Assembly: GCA_028687435.1 (NCBI GenBank)
Contig: JAQUAF010000056.1
Span: 1-38,043 of the forward strand
Length of the DNA: 38,043 nucleotides
Source: Verrucomicrobiia bacterium
GTDB lineage: Bacteria; Verrucomicrobiota; Verrucomicrobiia; JABWAM01
Reading direction: 5' to 3'
Positions 1-9,286 of this stretch are shown piece after piece (the first letter of the stretch is position 1; each line of letters opens with the position of its first letter). The notes beneath the pieces were generated by a model. The model was given only the letters and a program-made list of their open reading frames with translations, did no database searches and was not told where the DNA came from. A program made the translations under genes and the position numbers.

Positions 1-1
1 A

Positions 2-103
2 AACTTCAAACGATTCAAAATGTTGACCCAAAAATGGATCGACCTCGCCCTGACGCTCTCCAGACTGGAAGTTGAGGAAGCTAAAAAATCACTGAAGGAG
101 TAG
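2..103 (+). CDS. 3' end of an upstream gene truncated by the window edge (frame 2 reads ...KMLTQKWIDLALTLSRLEVEEAKKSLKE*)
   Basis: Open frame running from the window start to a TAG at 101-103. Helical-looking C-terminus. No similarity call possible. Confidence 0.25.
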   Translation, partial: NFKRFKMLTQKWIDLALTLSRLEVEEAKKSLKE

Positions 104-135
104 TCCAGAATTCGGTACTCTCAAGTAGGGAAAGG

Positions 136-3100
136 ATGCTTTTTAATTCAATGAATGCCTTATCTTTGTTTGCATTGCGGCCGATCCGGATAACCTGTCT
201 GTCTTGTTTTTTGCTGGCTTTGTTGATGTTTTGTTCCGCCGGCACATGGTTTGGAGGGGGGGACAAAGCCATTGAGGAAGGGGTGCGCTTGATGACTGAC
301 TCCGAGTTGCGGGATCCGACCGCCACCTTTGAGTTGCGATTTGACGAGGCGGTGTCAGGCGCCTTGGGGGAAGGATTGAAAGCGGCCGGTTCGCCATTGG
401 TGATCACTCCGTCCTTGAGAGGGGAATTCAAATGGTTGAGTTCGCGCAGCGGTGTGTTCACCCCGGCCGAACCGCCCGCGTTGGGCACAGCCTATCGGCT
501 GACATTGCGGCGCGGTTTGCAAGGCGCGGACGGAAAGCCGTTGCGCGCCAGATTGAACCGGACATTAACCACGCCGCCCTTTGAAATCGTCCGGGTTTCC
601 CCCAGACGTTTTGTTGTTTGCGACGCTCCCTCGCAATTTACGATCCGGCTTCGGTTCAATGCCGAGGTGGATCCCCAGACTGCGGCAAAATTCGTCTTTT
701 TCCGGAATGGGAAGGGGCAGCGCCTGAAGGCGAAGGTGACAAGGGGAAGACCCGCCAGCCGTTATTCCGATTATGAAGATGTGTATGAAAAGGATGTCAC
801 ATGGAAGGATCGTTTTTACCGAAAAGGAGGGGCGATTGCCGATGAGCCGGTGGATTCGGAAGAGGATGATGAGGGCGAAGATGGAAAAAGTTTGCCGCCC
901 ATTCCCAGCATGTTGCAGGTTGCGCCGGAGCCATGCCTTCCTTTGGGCGAGGATTGGCGCCTCATTGTCCAGTCGGGTTTGCCCTCGGCCGGAGGGACAT
1001 GGACGACGCGCAAAGACTTCGAGGTGGCCATTGGCAACGTCAACCCTTTTGAAGTGATCAAATGCCAGACGTCAAATGTGATCGGGCATGGAAGAAATCT
1101 GGAGTTGCGGTGGTCCAAGGCGCTGGATCCCGATCTGACCTCCACCAATATGGCGCAATGGGTGGCGGTGACCCCAATGCCCTCAAACCTTGTCATATCG
1201 TTGAATTGTCGTGACCTGACCTTGCGGGGTGATTTCCAACTCGATCGGAGATACCATGTTGAGGTGAAAAAGGGGGTGCCTTCCTCCGAGCCTTTCACAC
1301 AGGTGAAAACTTACACCAACGCCGTGACTTTTGCGCCGGTGGCCCCGCGGCTTTATTTTCCCGCGTTTTCCAAGCCTCAACTCCGGTTTGGCCAGCGGCG
1401 GTTTGATGTGTTGGGAATCAATGTGCCCGAGGTTGGGATTCGCGCAAAGAAACTGGATCGAAGCACCTTGATTCATGCGTTGCGAGGTTATGAGAGATAC
1501 CGGAAAGACTGGAACGAGACGAATGACGGGCTTGAACCTTTCCGTGAGATTGATTTCAACGGGGTTCCGGGCGGCACGATTTACGAACGGCGTTTTTCCG
1601 TTGATGCGCCCATGGATCAAACCAGCCGGATTTCTTTGCAATGGGATGAGATTCTCGGGAAAAACAAGCCCGGCGCGGTTTTTCTCGCGGCCGAACAGCC
1701 GGCGGATCGGCATGCCAGATTGGGAACCGAGGCCGTGGTGCAGGTGACAGACTTGGGAGTGATGCTCAAGCGGGGCAAGGGGGGGGCGTGGGTCTATGTT
1801 TTTTCCCATTCGACTGGACGCGCTTTGGCCGGGGTTTCCGTGCGGGTTTGCACGGCCGAGAACAAGGCGGTGGAGGAGGCTGTCACCAACGCGGAGGGGC
1901 TTGTTCGTCTGGGCAAGCCGTACTATCAACATTGGCTGATGCTTGAACGCGGAGAGGATCTTTTCGCCATGCATATCGGCGGGGATTATCTCAGTCCTTA
2001 TGGTTTTGATCTGCCGGTTGATTGGTGCGGCAATGACCGGGAAAAATGCCGGGTGTTGATGTTTTCCGACCGCGATGTTTACCGCCCCGGCGAAATCATG
2101 CATTTGAAAGCCATTGCCCGCGTTTGGGCTGACGATCAACTGCGAACCCCGTCATCCATGAAGGGAAAACTCACCGTGATTGATCCCCGGGATAATGCGT
2201 TTTTCACCAGGGACGTCCAATTGACCGCCAGAGGATCGTTGTCGGAAGCGGTTCCCATGCCCGATGGCAAATTGGGACATTACCGGGCGGAACTCAAGCT
2301 GGAGGACCAGACTTTTTGTCATTATTTTCAAGTCCAGCAATTTGAACCCAGCCCTTTCGAGATCAAGATCAAGGCCCAGGCTTCCTATGCCGCCGGCGAG
2401 AAAGTCTCCGTTCCAGTGGCGGCGAAATATTACATGGGCAAGGCTCTTTCCAAGGCCAGGTTGAAGTGGTCCGTCCGGGCGCGCGACGAAGGGTTTCATC
2501 CCGCGAATTTTGACGATTATGTTTTTTGTTCCGATGGCTCCCATAACCTGTCGAGGCTGGGACGCGTGTCCGGTTCGATGGCGTTGAATCATGAGGATGC
2601 CTTGTCCGGCGGGGGGACATCCCTGATCGAACCCCATGTGGCTTTGAACGCGCAATTGCCCCAGCCCCGGCTGTGCAAGCTGCTGGTTGAAGTCACGGAT
2701 GTGAATCAGAAAACCGTCTCGGAATCGGCCGGGTTTGTGTGCCACTCATCCGCATTCTATCTTGGATTGCGGCGGTTCAAGGATGTGGCGAGGGAAGGGG
2801 ATGCGTTGCCGATTGAACTTGTCGCCGTGAAGCCTGACGGATCGCCGTGGCCCGAAGCCGTGAACGCCACGGTTGCCTTTACGCGGGTGGATTGGCAGAC
2901 TGTTCGTGTCAAGGGGGCGGGGGGCGGCGCCGGTTACCGGCAGGATTACAGCTTGGTTCCTTGCGGTGAAATCGCCGCGCAGACCTGCCGCTTGGTTCCC
3001 CAAGGCTCGCGATGGGAAATTCCGAAGAACGCCGCGCCGTTGTCCCAGTGGCGTCCGGAGCGGCCGGGGCTTTATCTGGTCGAAATCAAGGCCAGGGACT

Positions 3101-5898
3101 TCAACCAACGGGAGGTGGTCACGGCCGCCACTGTGAACATTTGCGGCAAGGGCGAGGCCACCTGGAGTTATCGCAATGCGGCGCAGTTGGAGTTGGTTCC
3201 CGACAAGATCAGCTATTGCGAAGGCGACACCGCGACCTTGCTGGTCAAAACTCCGCTCAATGGCATGGCTTGCGTGGCGGTCGAACGCGAAAATGTGATG
3301 CGTTTCTTTACTCGACAAATCTCCGGCAAGGCGCCCGTCTTGAAGATTCCGCTGGGAAAAGGCAGCGCGCCCAATGTGTTCGTCTCCGTGGTTCTCATTC
3401 GTGGCGCGGCGGAATCCACCCACCGCTTCAAACAGCCCGAATATCGTTATGGTTATTGCCAGTTGAATGTTCTCCAGCCGGAGGCCAGACTGAGGGTGGC
3501 TCTCCAGCCCGACTCCAGCGATTATCGTCCCGGCCAGACGGTCAATGTGAAACTGCAGGTCAGGGATGCCCGGGGGCAGCCTGCGCCGGGCGCGGAAGTG
3601 ACCTGTTATGCCGTGGACGAGGGGATTCTGGCTCTCACGGGATATCGCACTCCCGATCCATTTGGTTTTTTCCATGCCATCCGTCCCCTGGGCGTCAACA
3701 CCATTCTTTCCCTGCCCACATTGTTTCCCGAGAATCCCGAGGAATGGAGTTTTGACAACAAGGGATATTTGGTTGGCGGAGGCGGGGATGAAGGCGCGGT
3801 TTCCTTGCGCAAAAAGTTTCTTCCGTGCGCTTTTTGGGATGCGACCTTGCGCGCCGATGCCGCGGGGTGCGCCCGGGTCCGTTTTGTGGCGCCGGACAGC
3901 CTGACCCGCTACCGTTTGATTGCCGTGGCGCACACCCCCCGCCAACAGTTCGGCAGCGGCGAATCCCGTTTTGAAATCAACAAGCCGTTGATGCTTGAAC
4001 CCGCCTTGCCGCGTTTTGCCAATATGGGTGATCAATTGGCTGTGCGGGCGGTTTTGCATAATCAAACCGATCTGGCGGGAGACGTTGAGGTGAAATTGGA
4101 ACTGGATGACAAGGCGGTCCCCCAAAACGGCGGGGCAAAGCCTGCGGAACAAGCTTCCCGGGCGATGACACGCAGCCTGAAGCTTGCCGCTCGTCAGAGC
4201 GCCTCAGTGGATTTCCCGGTGGAATTTCGCGATGCGGGCATGGCGGCCTGGGTTTGGCGGGCGCGGATGTTGGGGCAACCCGGCAACCGGATGACGGATG
4301 CGGTTGAAACCCGGTTGCAAGTGGGATATCCCGTCCCGTTGTTGCGCGAAACACTGGTGGGACGTTCCAAAGAATCTTCAACCAATCTTATTCAAGGCGC
4401 CAACCCGCAGATTTTGGAGGGACAGCATGGACAAGCGGCGGTTCGCATCTCCAATACGCGGCTTGTCGAACTCGGCGAAGCTCTCCAGCATTTGCTGAAA
4501 TATCCCTATGGATGTGTCGAGCAAACCACTTCAAGTCTGATGCCATGGATTGCGCTCAAGGATGCCAGGGATTGTTTTCCCGAACTGCAAAAATCCCCCG
4601 GACAGTTCGATGCCGCCATCCAGCGGGGTATCAACCGCCTGTTGGCCATGCAGACGGAGTCGGGTGGGTTGTCCTATTGGCCGGGCGGACGGACTCCCAT
4701 GTTCTGGGGCAGCGCCTATGGCGGACTGGCGCTGGCCCTGGCTCAAAAAAACGGGCATTTGGTCCCTCTGTCCTCGATGGGGAGACTTGCTCATTATTTG
4801 AGCGAACAATTGCGCGACGCAGCGAAGACTCAGGCTGTTTCCGAAATGCAGCCGCGATGTCTGGCTCTTTTTGCCCTGGCTCTGGCCGGCAAGGCGGAAC
4901 CGGCCTATCATGAAGTGCTTTTCCAAAAGCGCCATCTGCTTTCCGCCGAAAACCGGGCGTTGCTGGCGCTTGCGGTGCTGGAGTGCAAAGGTGACGCAAA
5001 AATGGCGGATGAATTGTTGTCCGGCCGGGTTTCCCGTCCCGCGGAAGAGGAGTTGTGGTTTGGATGCGGCGCGCGCGAAATCGCAATCAGGCTGCTGGCC
5101 TGGAGCCGGCATCGGCCGAAGGATCGGGTGGTGGATGTGCTGGTCGAGGAATTGATGCAGGCCCGCCGTCAGGCGCATTGGCAGACGACCCAGGGAAATG
5201 CATGGGCGTTGCTTGGTTTGACGGAATATGCGCGCCGGGTCGAGGGGGAGCGGCAATCGGTCAAGGGGACTCTTGTCTGGGGGCGCATTGAGAAGGCGTT
5301 TGCGGTGGGGGGCAAACAACCGGTGGCGCAAAACGTGTTTGCCATCGCCAGGGATACGGTTTCCCAGCCGCTGCAATTGTTGAATCCCCAACAAGGCCGG
5401 ATTTTCACCCAAGTCCAGTTGGAGGCGAGGCCCCAACTCTGGCAACAGCCGAGGCAGGATCGAGGCTTGGGGATCCGCCGCGAGTATGCCTTGGTGGAGG
5501 ACGATGGCTCGGTGAAGGAATTGGGAACTCCCCGCGTCGGCGACCGCGTGCTGGTGACGTTGCGGATTGAAACGCGAAACGTCTGCCATTATGTGGCGGT
5601 GGAGGATCCGATGCCTGCGAATCTCGAAGCCCTGAATCCGGAATTCAAAACCCAGGCAACACGGGCGGGGGAAAACCTGGGAATGGCATGGTTTGGCGAT
5701 TATCATGAGTTAAGGGAGGATCGCGCCCTGTTTTTCCGGGATCATTTGCCGGCGGGACAGTACACGATCCGGTATCTGGCCCGGGTTCGGGCCGCCGGCA
5801 CAGCCACCGCGCCCTCCGCCAAGATCGAGGAAATGTATCATCCCGAACGGTTCGGAATGAGCGGCACGGAAACAGTGAAGACCAGGTCGTTGGACTGA
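136..5898 (+). CDS. Bacterial alpha-2-macroglobulin family protein (large periplasmic lipoprotein with thioester-type CxEQ motif)
   Basis: 1920-aa ORF. N-terminal signal/lipobox-like segment (LLALLMFCSAG). Internal YGCVEQTTSS motif at nt 4513-4524, in the position of the CLEQ thioester of E. coli YfhM-type A2M. Size and domain order are typical of the family. Immediately followed by a PBP1C gene, the canonical partner. Confidence 0.85.
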   Translation: MLFNSMNALSLFALRPIRITCLSCFLLALLMFCSAGTWFGGGDKAIEEGVRLMTDSELRDPTATFELRFDEAVSGALGEGLKAAGSPLVITPSLRGEFKWLSSRSGVFTPAEPPALGTAYRLTLRRGLQGADGKPLRARLNRTLTTPPFEIVRVSPRRFVVCDAPSQFTIRLRFNAEVDPQTAAKFVFFRNGKGQRLKAKVTRGRPASRYSDYEDVYEKDVTWKDRFYRKGGAIADEPVDSEEDDEGEDGKSLPPIPSMLQVAPEPCLPLGEDWRLIVQSGLPSAGGTWTTRKDFEVAIGNVNPFEVIKCQTSNVIGHGRNLELRWSKALDPDLTSTNMAQWVAVTPMPSNLVISLNCRDLTLRGDFQLDRRYHVEVKKGVPSSEPFTQVKTYTNAVTFAPVAPRLYFPAFSKPQLRFGQRRFDVLGINVPEVGIRAKKLDRSTLIHALRGYERYRKDWNETNDGLEPFREIDFNGVPGGTIYERRFSVDAPMDQTSRISLQWDEILGKNKPGAVFLAAEQPADRHARLGTEAVVQVTDLGVMLKRGKGGAWVYVFSHSTGRALAGVSVRVCTAENKAVEEAVTNAEGLVRLGKPYYQHWLMLERGEDLFAMHIGGDYLSPYGFDLPVDWCGNDREKCRVLMFSDRDVYRPGEIMHLKAIARVWADDQLRTPSSMKGKLTVIDPRDNAFFTRDVQLTARGSLSEAVPMPDGKLGHYRAELKLEDQTFCHYFQVQQFEPSPFEIKIKAQASYAAGEKVSVPVAAKYYMGKALSKARLKWSVRARDEGFHPANFDDYVFCSDGSHNLSRLGRVSGSMALNHEDALSGGGTSLIEPHVALNAQLPQPRLCKLLVEVTDVNQKTVSESAGFVCHSSAFYLGLRRFKDVAREGDALPIELVAVKPDGSPWPEAVNATVAFTRVDWQTVRVKGAGGGAGYRQDYSLVPCGEIAAQTCRLVPQGSRWEIPKNAAPLSQWRPERPGLYLVEIKARDFNQREVVTAATVNICGKGEATWSYRNAAQLELVPDKISYCEGDTATLLVKTPLNGMACVAVERENVMRFFTRQISGKAPVLKIPLGKGSAPNVFVSVVLIRGAAESTHRFKQPEYRYGYCQLNVLQPEARLRVALQPDSSDYRPGQTVNVKLQVRDARGQPAPGAEVTCYAVDEGILALTGYRTPDPFGFFHAIRPLGVNTILSLPTLFPENPEEWSFDNKGYLVGGGGDEGAVSLRKKFLPCAFWDATLRADAAGCARVRFVAPDSLTRYRLIAVAHTPRQQFGSGESRFEINKPLMLEPALPRFANMGDQLAVRAVLHNQTDLAGDVEVKLELDDKAVPQNGGAKPAEQASRAMTRSLKLAARQSASVDFPVEFRDAGMAAWVWRARMLGQPGNRMTDAVETRLQVGYPVPLLRETLVGRSKESSTNLIQGANPQILEGQHGQAAVRISNTRLVELGEALQHLLKYPYGCVEQTTSSLMPWIALKDARDCFPELQKSPGQFDAAIQRGINRLLAMQTESGGLSYWPGGRTPMFWGSAYGGLALALAQKNGHLVPLSSMGRLAHYLSEQLRDAAKTQAVSEMQPRCLALFALALAGKAEPAYHEVLFQKRHLLSAENRALLALAVLECKGDAKMADELLSGRVSRPAEEELWFGCGAREIAIRLLAWSRHRPKDRVVDVLVEELMQARRQAHWQTTQGNAWALLGLTEYARRVEGERQSVKGTLVWGRIEKAFAVGGKQPVAQNVFAIARDTVSQPLQLLNPQQGRIFTQVQLEARPQLWQQPRQDRGLGIRREYALVEDDGSVKELGTPRVGDRVLVTLRIETRNVCHYVAVEDPMPANLEALNPEFKTQATRAGENLGMAWFGDYHELREDRALFFRDHLPAGQYTIRYLARVRAAGTATAPSAKIEEMYHPERFGMSGTETVKTRSLD

Positions 5899-5946
5899 CC
5901 GCCTGCGCCAAGCTTCGGCGAGGCGAGAAGGCTGAAGACTGAAGGT

Positions 5947-8277
5947 ATGAAAGATGATGATACAAGCGGTTCGGGAGCCCCGCCCTCCATGGAGGGCCGG
6001 CCTCCCGGACGGCCATGGATGAGAAGGTTTCTTAAACGGATTGGCTTATGCTTGGGGGCTGCCATTCTGTTGATGACGGGCGGATGGTTCTGTCTTCGTT
6101 TCGTGCCTCTGCCCGGGGCTCTTTTTGCCCCTCCGGTTGCCAGTGTCGAGTTTTTTGACCGGACCGGTCTGCCTTTGCGCGAACAGTTGGCGGATGAGAA
6201 ACGGTTTTCGCGACCGTTTGTTTTTGACGATATTCCTCCCTCCTTGATCGACGCCACCCTCGCGGCGGAAGACAAGCGTTTTTGGTCGCATCATGGCGTG
6301 GACGTTCTGGCGGTGTTGCGTTCGGCTGGGGCTTGTTTGCGGCATGGCAGGGTGGTCTGCGGAGGATCGACCATCACCCAGCAGTTGGTCAAGATATCCA
6401 ATCCCCGGCCGCGCACCTTGCGCGCAAAATGCGTGGAGGCATTGCAGGCGTTGCGTCTGGAACAGGTCTGGGACAAACACCGCATCCTGACGGAATATCT
6501 GAACCGGGCGCCGTATGGCAATCTGCGCGTGGGATGCGCCGCCGCCGCCCGGTATTATTTTGGCAAACCCCTGGCCGATCTGAGCCTGGCGGAATGCGCG
6601 TTTCTGGCCGGTCTGCCCCAGTCGCCTTCGCGTTTGAATCCTCACCGGCATTTTGACCGTGCGGCGAAAAGGGGCAAATGGATCTTGCAGCGAATGAAGG
6701 AAGACCGGTTGATCGACGACGCCCGTTTTCTGCGTGCTAAAAGGGAGCCTTTGCGCCTGTGTCCGCCGGGCCGTTTGTTTGAAGCGCCGCATGCCGTGGA
6801 TTTGATCCTGGCTCAACAGATGGAGGATCCGGATTCGCTTTCAGACCGGCGGTGTCATACCACCCTTGACTTGGAACTCAACCGGGTGGTTGAGCAGACC
6901 TTGCGTGTTCACATGGAAAGGTTGAGCGCCAGTCATGCTCAAAACGCTGCAGCGGTGATTCTGGACAACCGTTCCGGCGATGTATTGGCGCTGGTGGGTT
7001 CCGAAAACTATTTTGCACCTGGAACGGGGCAGGTGAATGGCGCCTGGGCGCCGCGCTCCGCCGGTTCGACCCTCAAGCCTTTTACCTACGCCATGGCATT
7101 TGAGCGCGGCGCCAACCCCGCCACAATCGTGGCGGATGTGGCGTGCGAGTTCATGACTCCCACGGGGGTGTTTCGTCCCGTCAATTACAACCATCACTTT
7201 TACGGTCCCGTGCGCTACCGCCTCGCGCTGGCGAATTCCCTGAATGTTTCCGCCGTCAAAATTCTTCAGACCATTGGCGGTCCCGCGTTTTTGCATGAAC
7301 GGTTGCGGCAGTGCGGCCTGACCACACTGGACAAACCCGCGGAACATTATGGGTTGGGTCTGACCATTGGCAATGCCGAGGTGCGGTTGCTTGAATTGGT
7401 CAATGCCTACGCATGTCTGGCGCGGCTTGGCGTCTGGCGGCCTTGCCGTCTGACGCCCTGCTCCTTTGCGAGCTCCCGTGCGTCCCGGCGGTTGTTTGAT
7501 GAAACCGCCTGTTATTTGATTGCGGACATCCTGACGGATAACGACGCCCGGACGCTTGCCTTTGGCGCCCATTCCGCCTTGCGCTTCGATTATCCTGTGG
7601 CCTGCAAAACCGGGACCAGCTCGGATTTTCGCGACAATTGGGCGGTGGGGTTCACGCCTGAATTTACCGTTGGCGTCTGGGTTGGCAACTTTGACGGTTC
7701 CCCCATGGAACGCGTCAGCGGCGTGACCGGCGCCGCGCCGATCTTGAATGTTCTTTTTGAACATTTGCGTGCCAGACATTCCCTGACGTGGTATGTGCAA
7801 CCCGCCGATGTGGTTCAATCCCGCATTGATCCGGTGATTGGAAAACAGGTTGGAAAGGGGGGGGGGCTGGAGAAATTCTCACAAAGCCATCTGCCACCGT
7901 TTGTGTCTCCGGATGATTTTGACGCTTCTGGGCGGATTCGGCTGGGGACGGAATACCGCAACTGGCTGGCGAGCGGTGACAACTGGCTTTCCGGGGGTGT
8001 CATTGCCGTCAACAACGGACGGGAGAAACTGCGCATCGTTTCACCCTTGCCGGGCAGTGTGTTTTATCTGGATCCCGATCTGCCTTCCGGTGGTTGCATT
8101 TTGCGTCTCAAATGTGAGCCTGTTGCCGGGGTTCAGTGGCGGAGCGATACCCTTCGCATCGAGTCGTTTCGCGGCGAAACCCGGGCGCAATTGAAGGAGG
8201 GCATTCACCATCTGCGCGCCGTTTTGCCCGGCAAGACTGGAGTCTGCGAAACATGGATTGAGGTAAGGCAGATGTGA
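5947..8277 (+). CDS. pbpC: Penicillin-binding protein 1C (bifunctional glycosyltransferase/transpeptidase)
   Basis: 776 aa. N-terminal TM helix (LCLGAAILLMTGGWFCL). GT51 transglycosylase motifs (EDKRFWSHHGVD, GGSTITQQLVK, RKCVEALQALRLEQ). Transpeptidase SxxK (STLKPF), SxN region and KTGTS motif. C-terminal PbpC-specific domain. True start may be the internal Met near 6019. Confidence 0.85.
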   Translation: MKDDDTSGSGAPPSMEGRPPGRPWMRRFLKRIGLCLGAAILLMTGGWFCLRFVPLPGALFAPPVASVEFFDRTGLPLREQLADEKRFSRPFVFDDIPPSLIDATLAAEDKRFWSHHGVDVLAVLRSAGACLRHGRVVCGGSTITQQLVKISNPRPRTLRAKCVEALQALRLEQVWDKHRILTEYLNRAPYGNLRVGCAAAARYYFGKPLADLSLAECAFLAGLPQSPSRLNPHRHFDRAAKRGKWILQRMKEDRLIDDARFLRAKREPLRLCPPGRLFEAPHAVDLILAQQMEDPDSLSDRRCHTTLDLELNRVVEQTLRVHMERLSASHAQNAAAVILDNRSGDVLALVGSENYFAPGTGQVNGAWAPRSAGSTLKPFTYAMAFERGANPATIVADVACEFMTPTGVFRPVNYNHHFYGPVRYRLALANSLNVSAVKILQTIGGPAFLHERLRQCGLTTLDKPAEHYGLGLTIGNAEVRLLELVNAYACLARLGVWRPCRLTPCSFASSRASRRLFDETACYLIADILTDNDARTLAFGAHSALRFDYPVACKTGTSSDFRDNWAVGFTPEFTVGVWVGNFDGSPMERVSGVTGAAPILNVLFEHLRARHSLTWYVQPADVVQSRIDPVIGKQVGKGGGLEKFSQSHLPPFVSPDDFDASGRIRLGTEYRNWLASGDNWLSGGVIAVNNGREKLRIVSPLPGSVFYLDPDLPSGGCILRLKCEPVAGVQWRSDTLRIESFRGETRAQLKEGIHHLRAVLPGKTGVCETWIEVRQM

Positions 8278-8302
8278 AGAGTTCTTTTCCAAGAAAACTC
8301 TT
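8277..8302 (+). terminator. Hairpin (AAGAGTT...AACTCTT, 7-bp stem) directly after the pbpC stop
   Basis: Inverted repeat 8277-8283 / 8296-8302. Not followed by a clean U-tract, so only a weak intrinsic-terminator candidate. Confidence 0.3.
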
Positions 8303-8350
8303 GAAACTGTTCCCTGAAGGCGCAAAGCTCGGTTCCCATTGCGATAGTGC

Positions 8351-8425
8351 GGCCCGTTCGTCTATCGGCTAGGACATGGCCCTCTCAAGGCCAAGAGACG
8401 GGTTCGATTCCCGTACGGGCTACCA
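8351..8425 (+). tRNA. tRNA-Glu (anticodon CUC), CCA encoded
   Basis: 75-nt cloverleaf folded by hand. Acceptor GGCCCGT/ACGGGCT (G1-U72 wobble). D-stem GTCT/GGAC. Anticodon stem TGGCC/GGCCA with loop CTCTCAA. T-arm ACGGG-TTCGATT-CCCGT. Discriminator A then CCA. Conserved TTCGTCTA...AGGAC segment like E. coli tRNA-Glu. Confidence 0.8.
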
Positions 8426-8458
8426 TGCGCAAGTCTGTGTCACGGTTTTCAGGTTTTG

Positions 8459-8884
8459 TCATGCCTGAAACTCGAATGGATTGAACACCATGATGTCCAT
8501 ATCCTTGAAATCCGCAAGGTTTCTGGTGGCAACCGTCAATCCGTAGCGGCGGGCTGTTGCTGCAATCAGGACATCGATGGCGGCGGTATCTCCCAAAGCG
8601 GCCATGCGTCCCCATTCCAGGGCGGTTGGAGTGTCAACGTCCAAGACCCGGTCGGCGTAAAAACTCAGCAGTTCCGTGAGCCATGTTTCAAGTTGGCGGG
8701 CTTTTTGAGAATCCTTGACGCGAATCATGTCGATGCCCTTGCGGATTTCTCCGGCGGTCAGGACGCTGATAAAACAATCGTCCGGATCGATGGAGGACAC
8801 CCAGGCGTGAACATGAGCGTCGCAACTTGGTTTGCGAATCTCGGAAATGATGTTGGTGTCCAACAGGAAGCCCATTTTGGTCAA
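8459..8884 (-). CDS. vapC: PIN-domain ribonuclease toxin VapC
   Basis: 141 aa. N-terminal LLDTNIISEIRKP motif with acidic residues typical of the PIN fold. Lies downstream of a small RHH antitoxin gene on the same strand. Confidence 0.8.
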   Translation of the reverse strand: MTKMGFLLDTNIISEIRKPSCDAHVHAWVSSIDPDDCFISVLTAGEIRKGIDMIRVKDSQKARQLETWLTELLSFYADRVLDVDTPTALEWGRMAALGDTAAIDVLIAATARRYGLTVATRNLADFKDMDIMVFNPFEFQA

Positions 8885-8940
8885 AGGGTTGAATGTTTCC
8901 CGCGCAAGTGTTCCGGATTTTTTCGAAGTCGTGAAAAAAT

Positions 8941-9204
8941 CTAGAGATCAATTTTGCGGAAGGATGATTGGGGGCGCTCGAAGAAGGAATCTTCGACTTC
9001 GGGCATGGTTTTGAGAAATTCCAGAAAACCCAATTTTCTGGATTGCCGGGGGTTGAGGAGGGCTTGCTTGAGGATTCGGCGGTGTTCTTCCTCCATGGAA
9101 ACACCATCGTGGGCAGCGCGGGCGCGCAGTTTGCTCACGATGAGTTCATCCACTTTGCGTACTAGTAATTGGGCCATGTTGAAATATGCTATCGTTGCTA
9201 TCAT
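8941..9204 (-). CDS. vapB: Ribbon-helix-helix antitoxin VapB/FitA-like (probable true start at Met10, nt 9177)
   Basis: Sequence MAQLLVRKVDELIVSKLRARAAHDGVSMEEEHRRILKQAL matches the Arc/FitA-type RHH antitoxin N-terminus. Sits 57 nt upstream of vapC. Confidence 0.7.
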   Translation of the reverse strand: MIATIAYFNMAQLLVRKVDELIVSKLRARAAHDGVSMEEEHRRILKQALLNPRQSRKLGFLEFLKTMPEVEDSFFERPQSSFRKIDL

Positions 9205-9286
9205 TTGTCAAGTGGGGTTGAGTTTTTTTTGGTGGTTCATTCAAAAAGATGCCTTGTGTGGGTGCTGAAGCGTTTGTGATGAAGGG

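Noticed and set aside
1183-5706. Several long antisense ORFs inside the A2M gene (1183-2139, 2746-4152, 4531-5706, minus strand)
   Set aside because: These are typical high-GC shadow ORFs. The + strand frame is continuous for 1920 aa with recognisable A2M motifs. The antisense products are Arg/Pro/Gly-rich and low-complexity.
8277-8306. 13-nt identity (ttttccaagaaaa) between the pbpC terminator hairpin and 33800-33812
   Set aside because: A single 13-mer match is expected by chance several times in a 38-kb window on two strands. No extended similarity around it.
8385-8615. 76-aa minus-strand ORF overlapping tRNA-Glu
   Set aside because: It overlaps a well-folded tRNA gene and the vapC 3' end. 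No RBS and an implausible composition.
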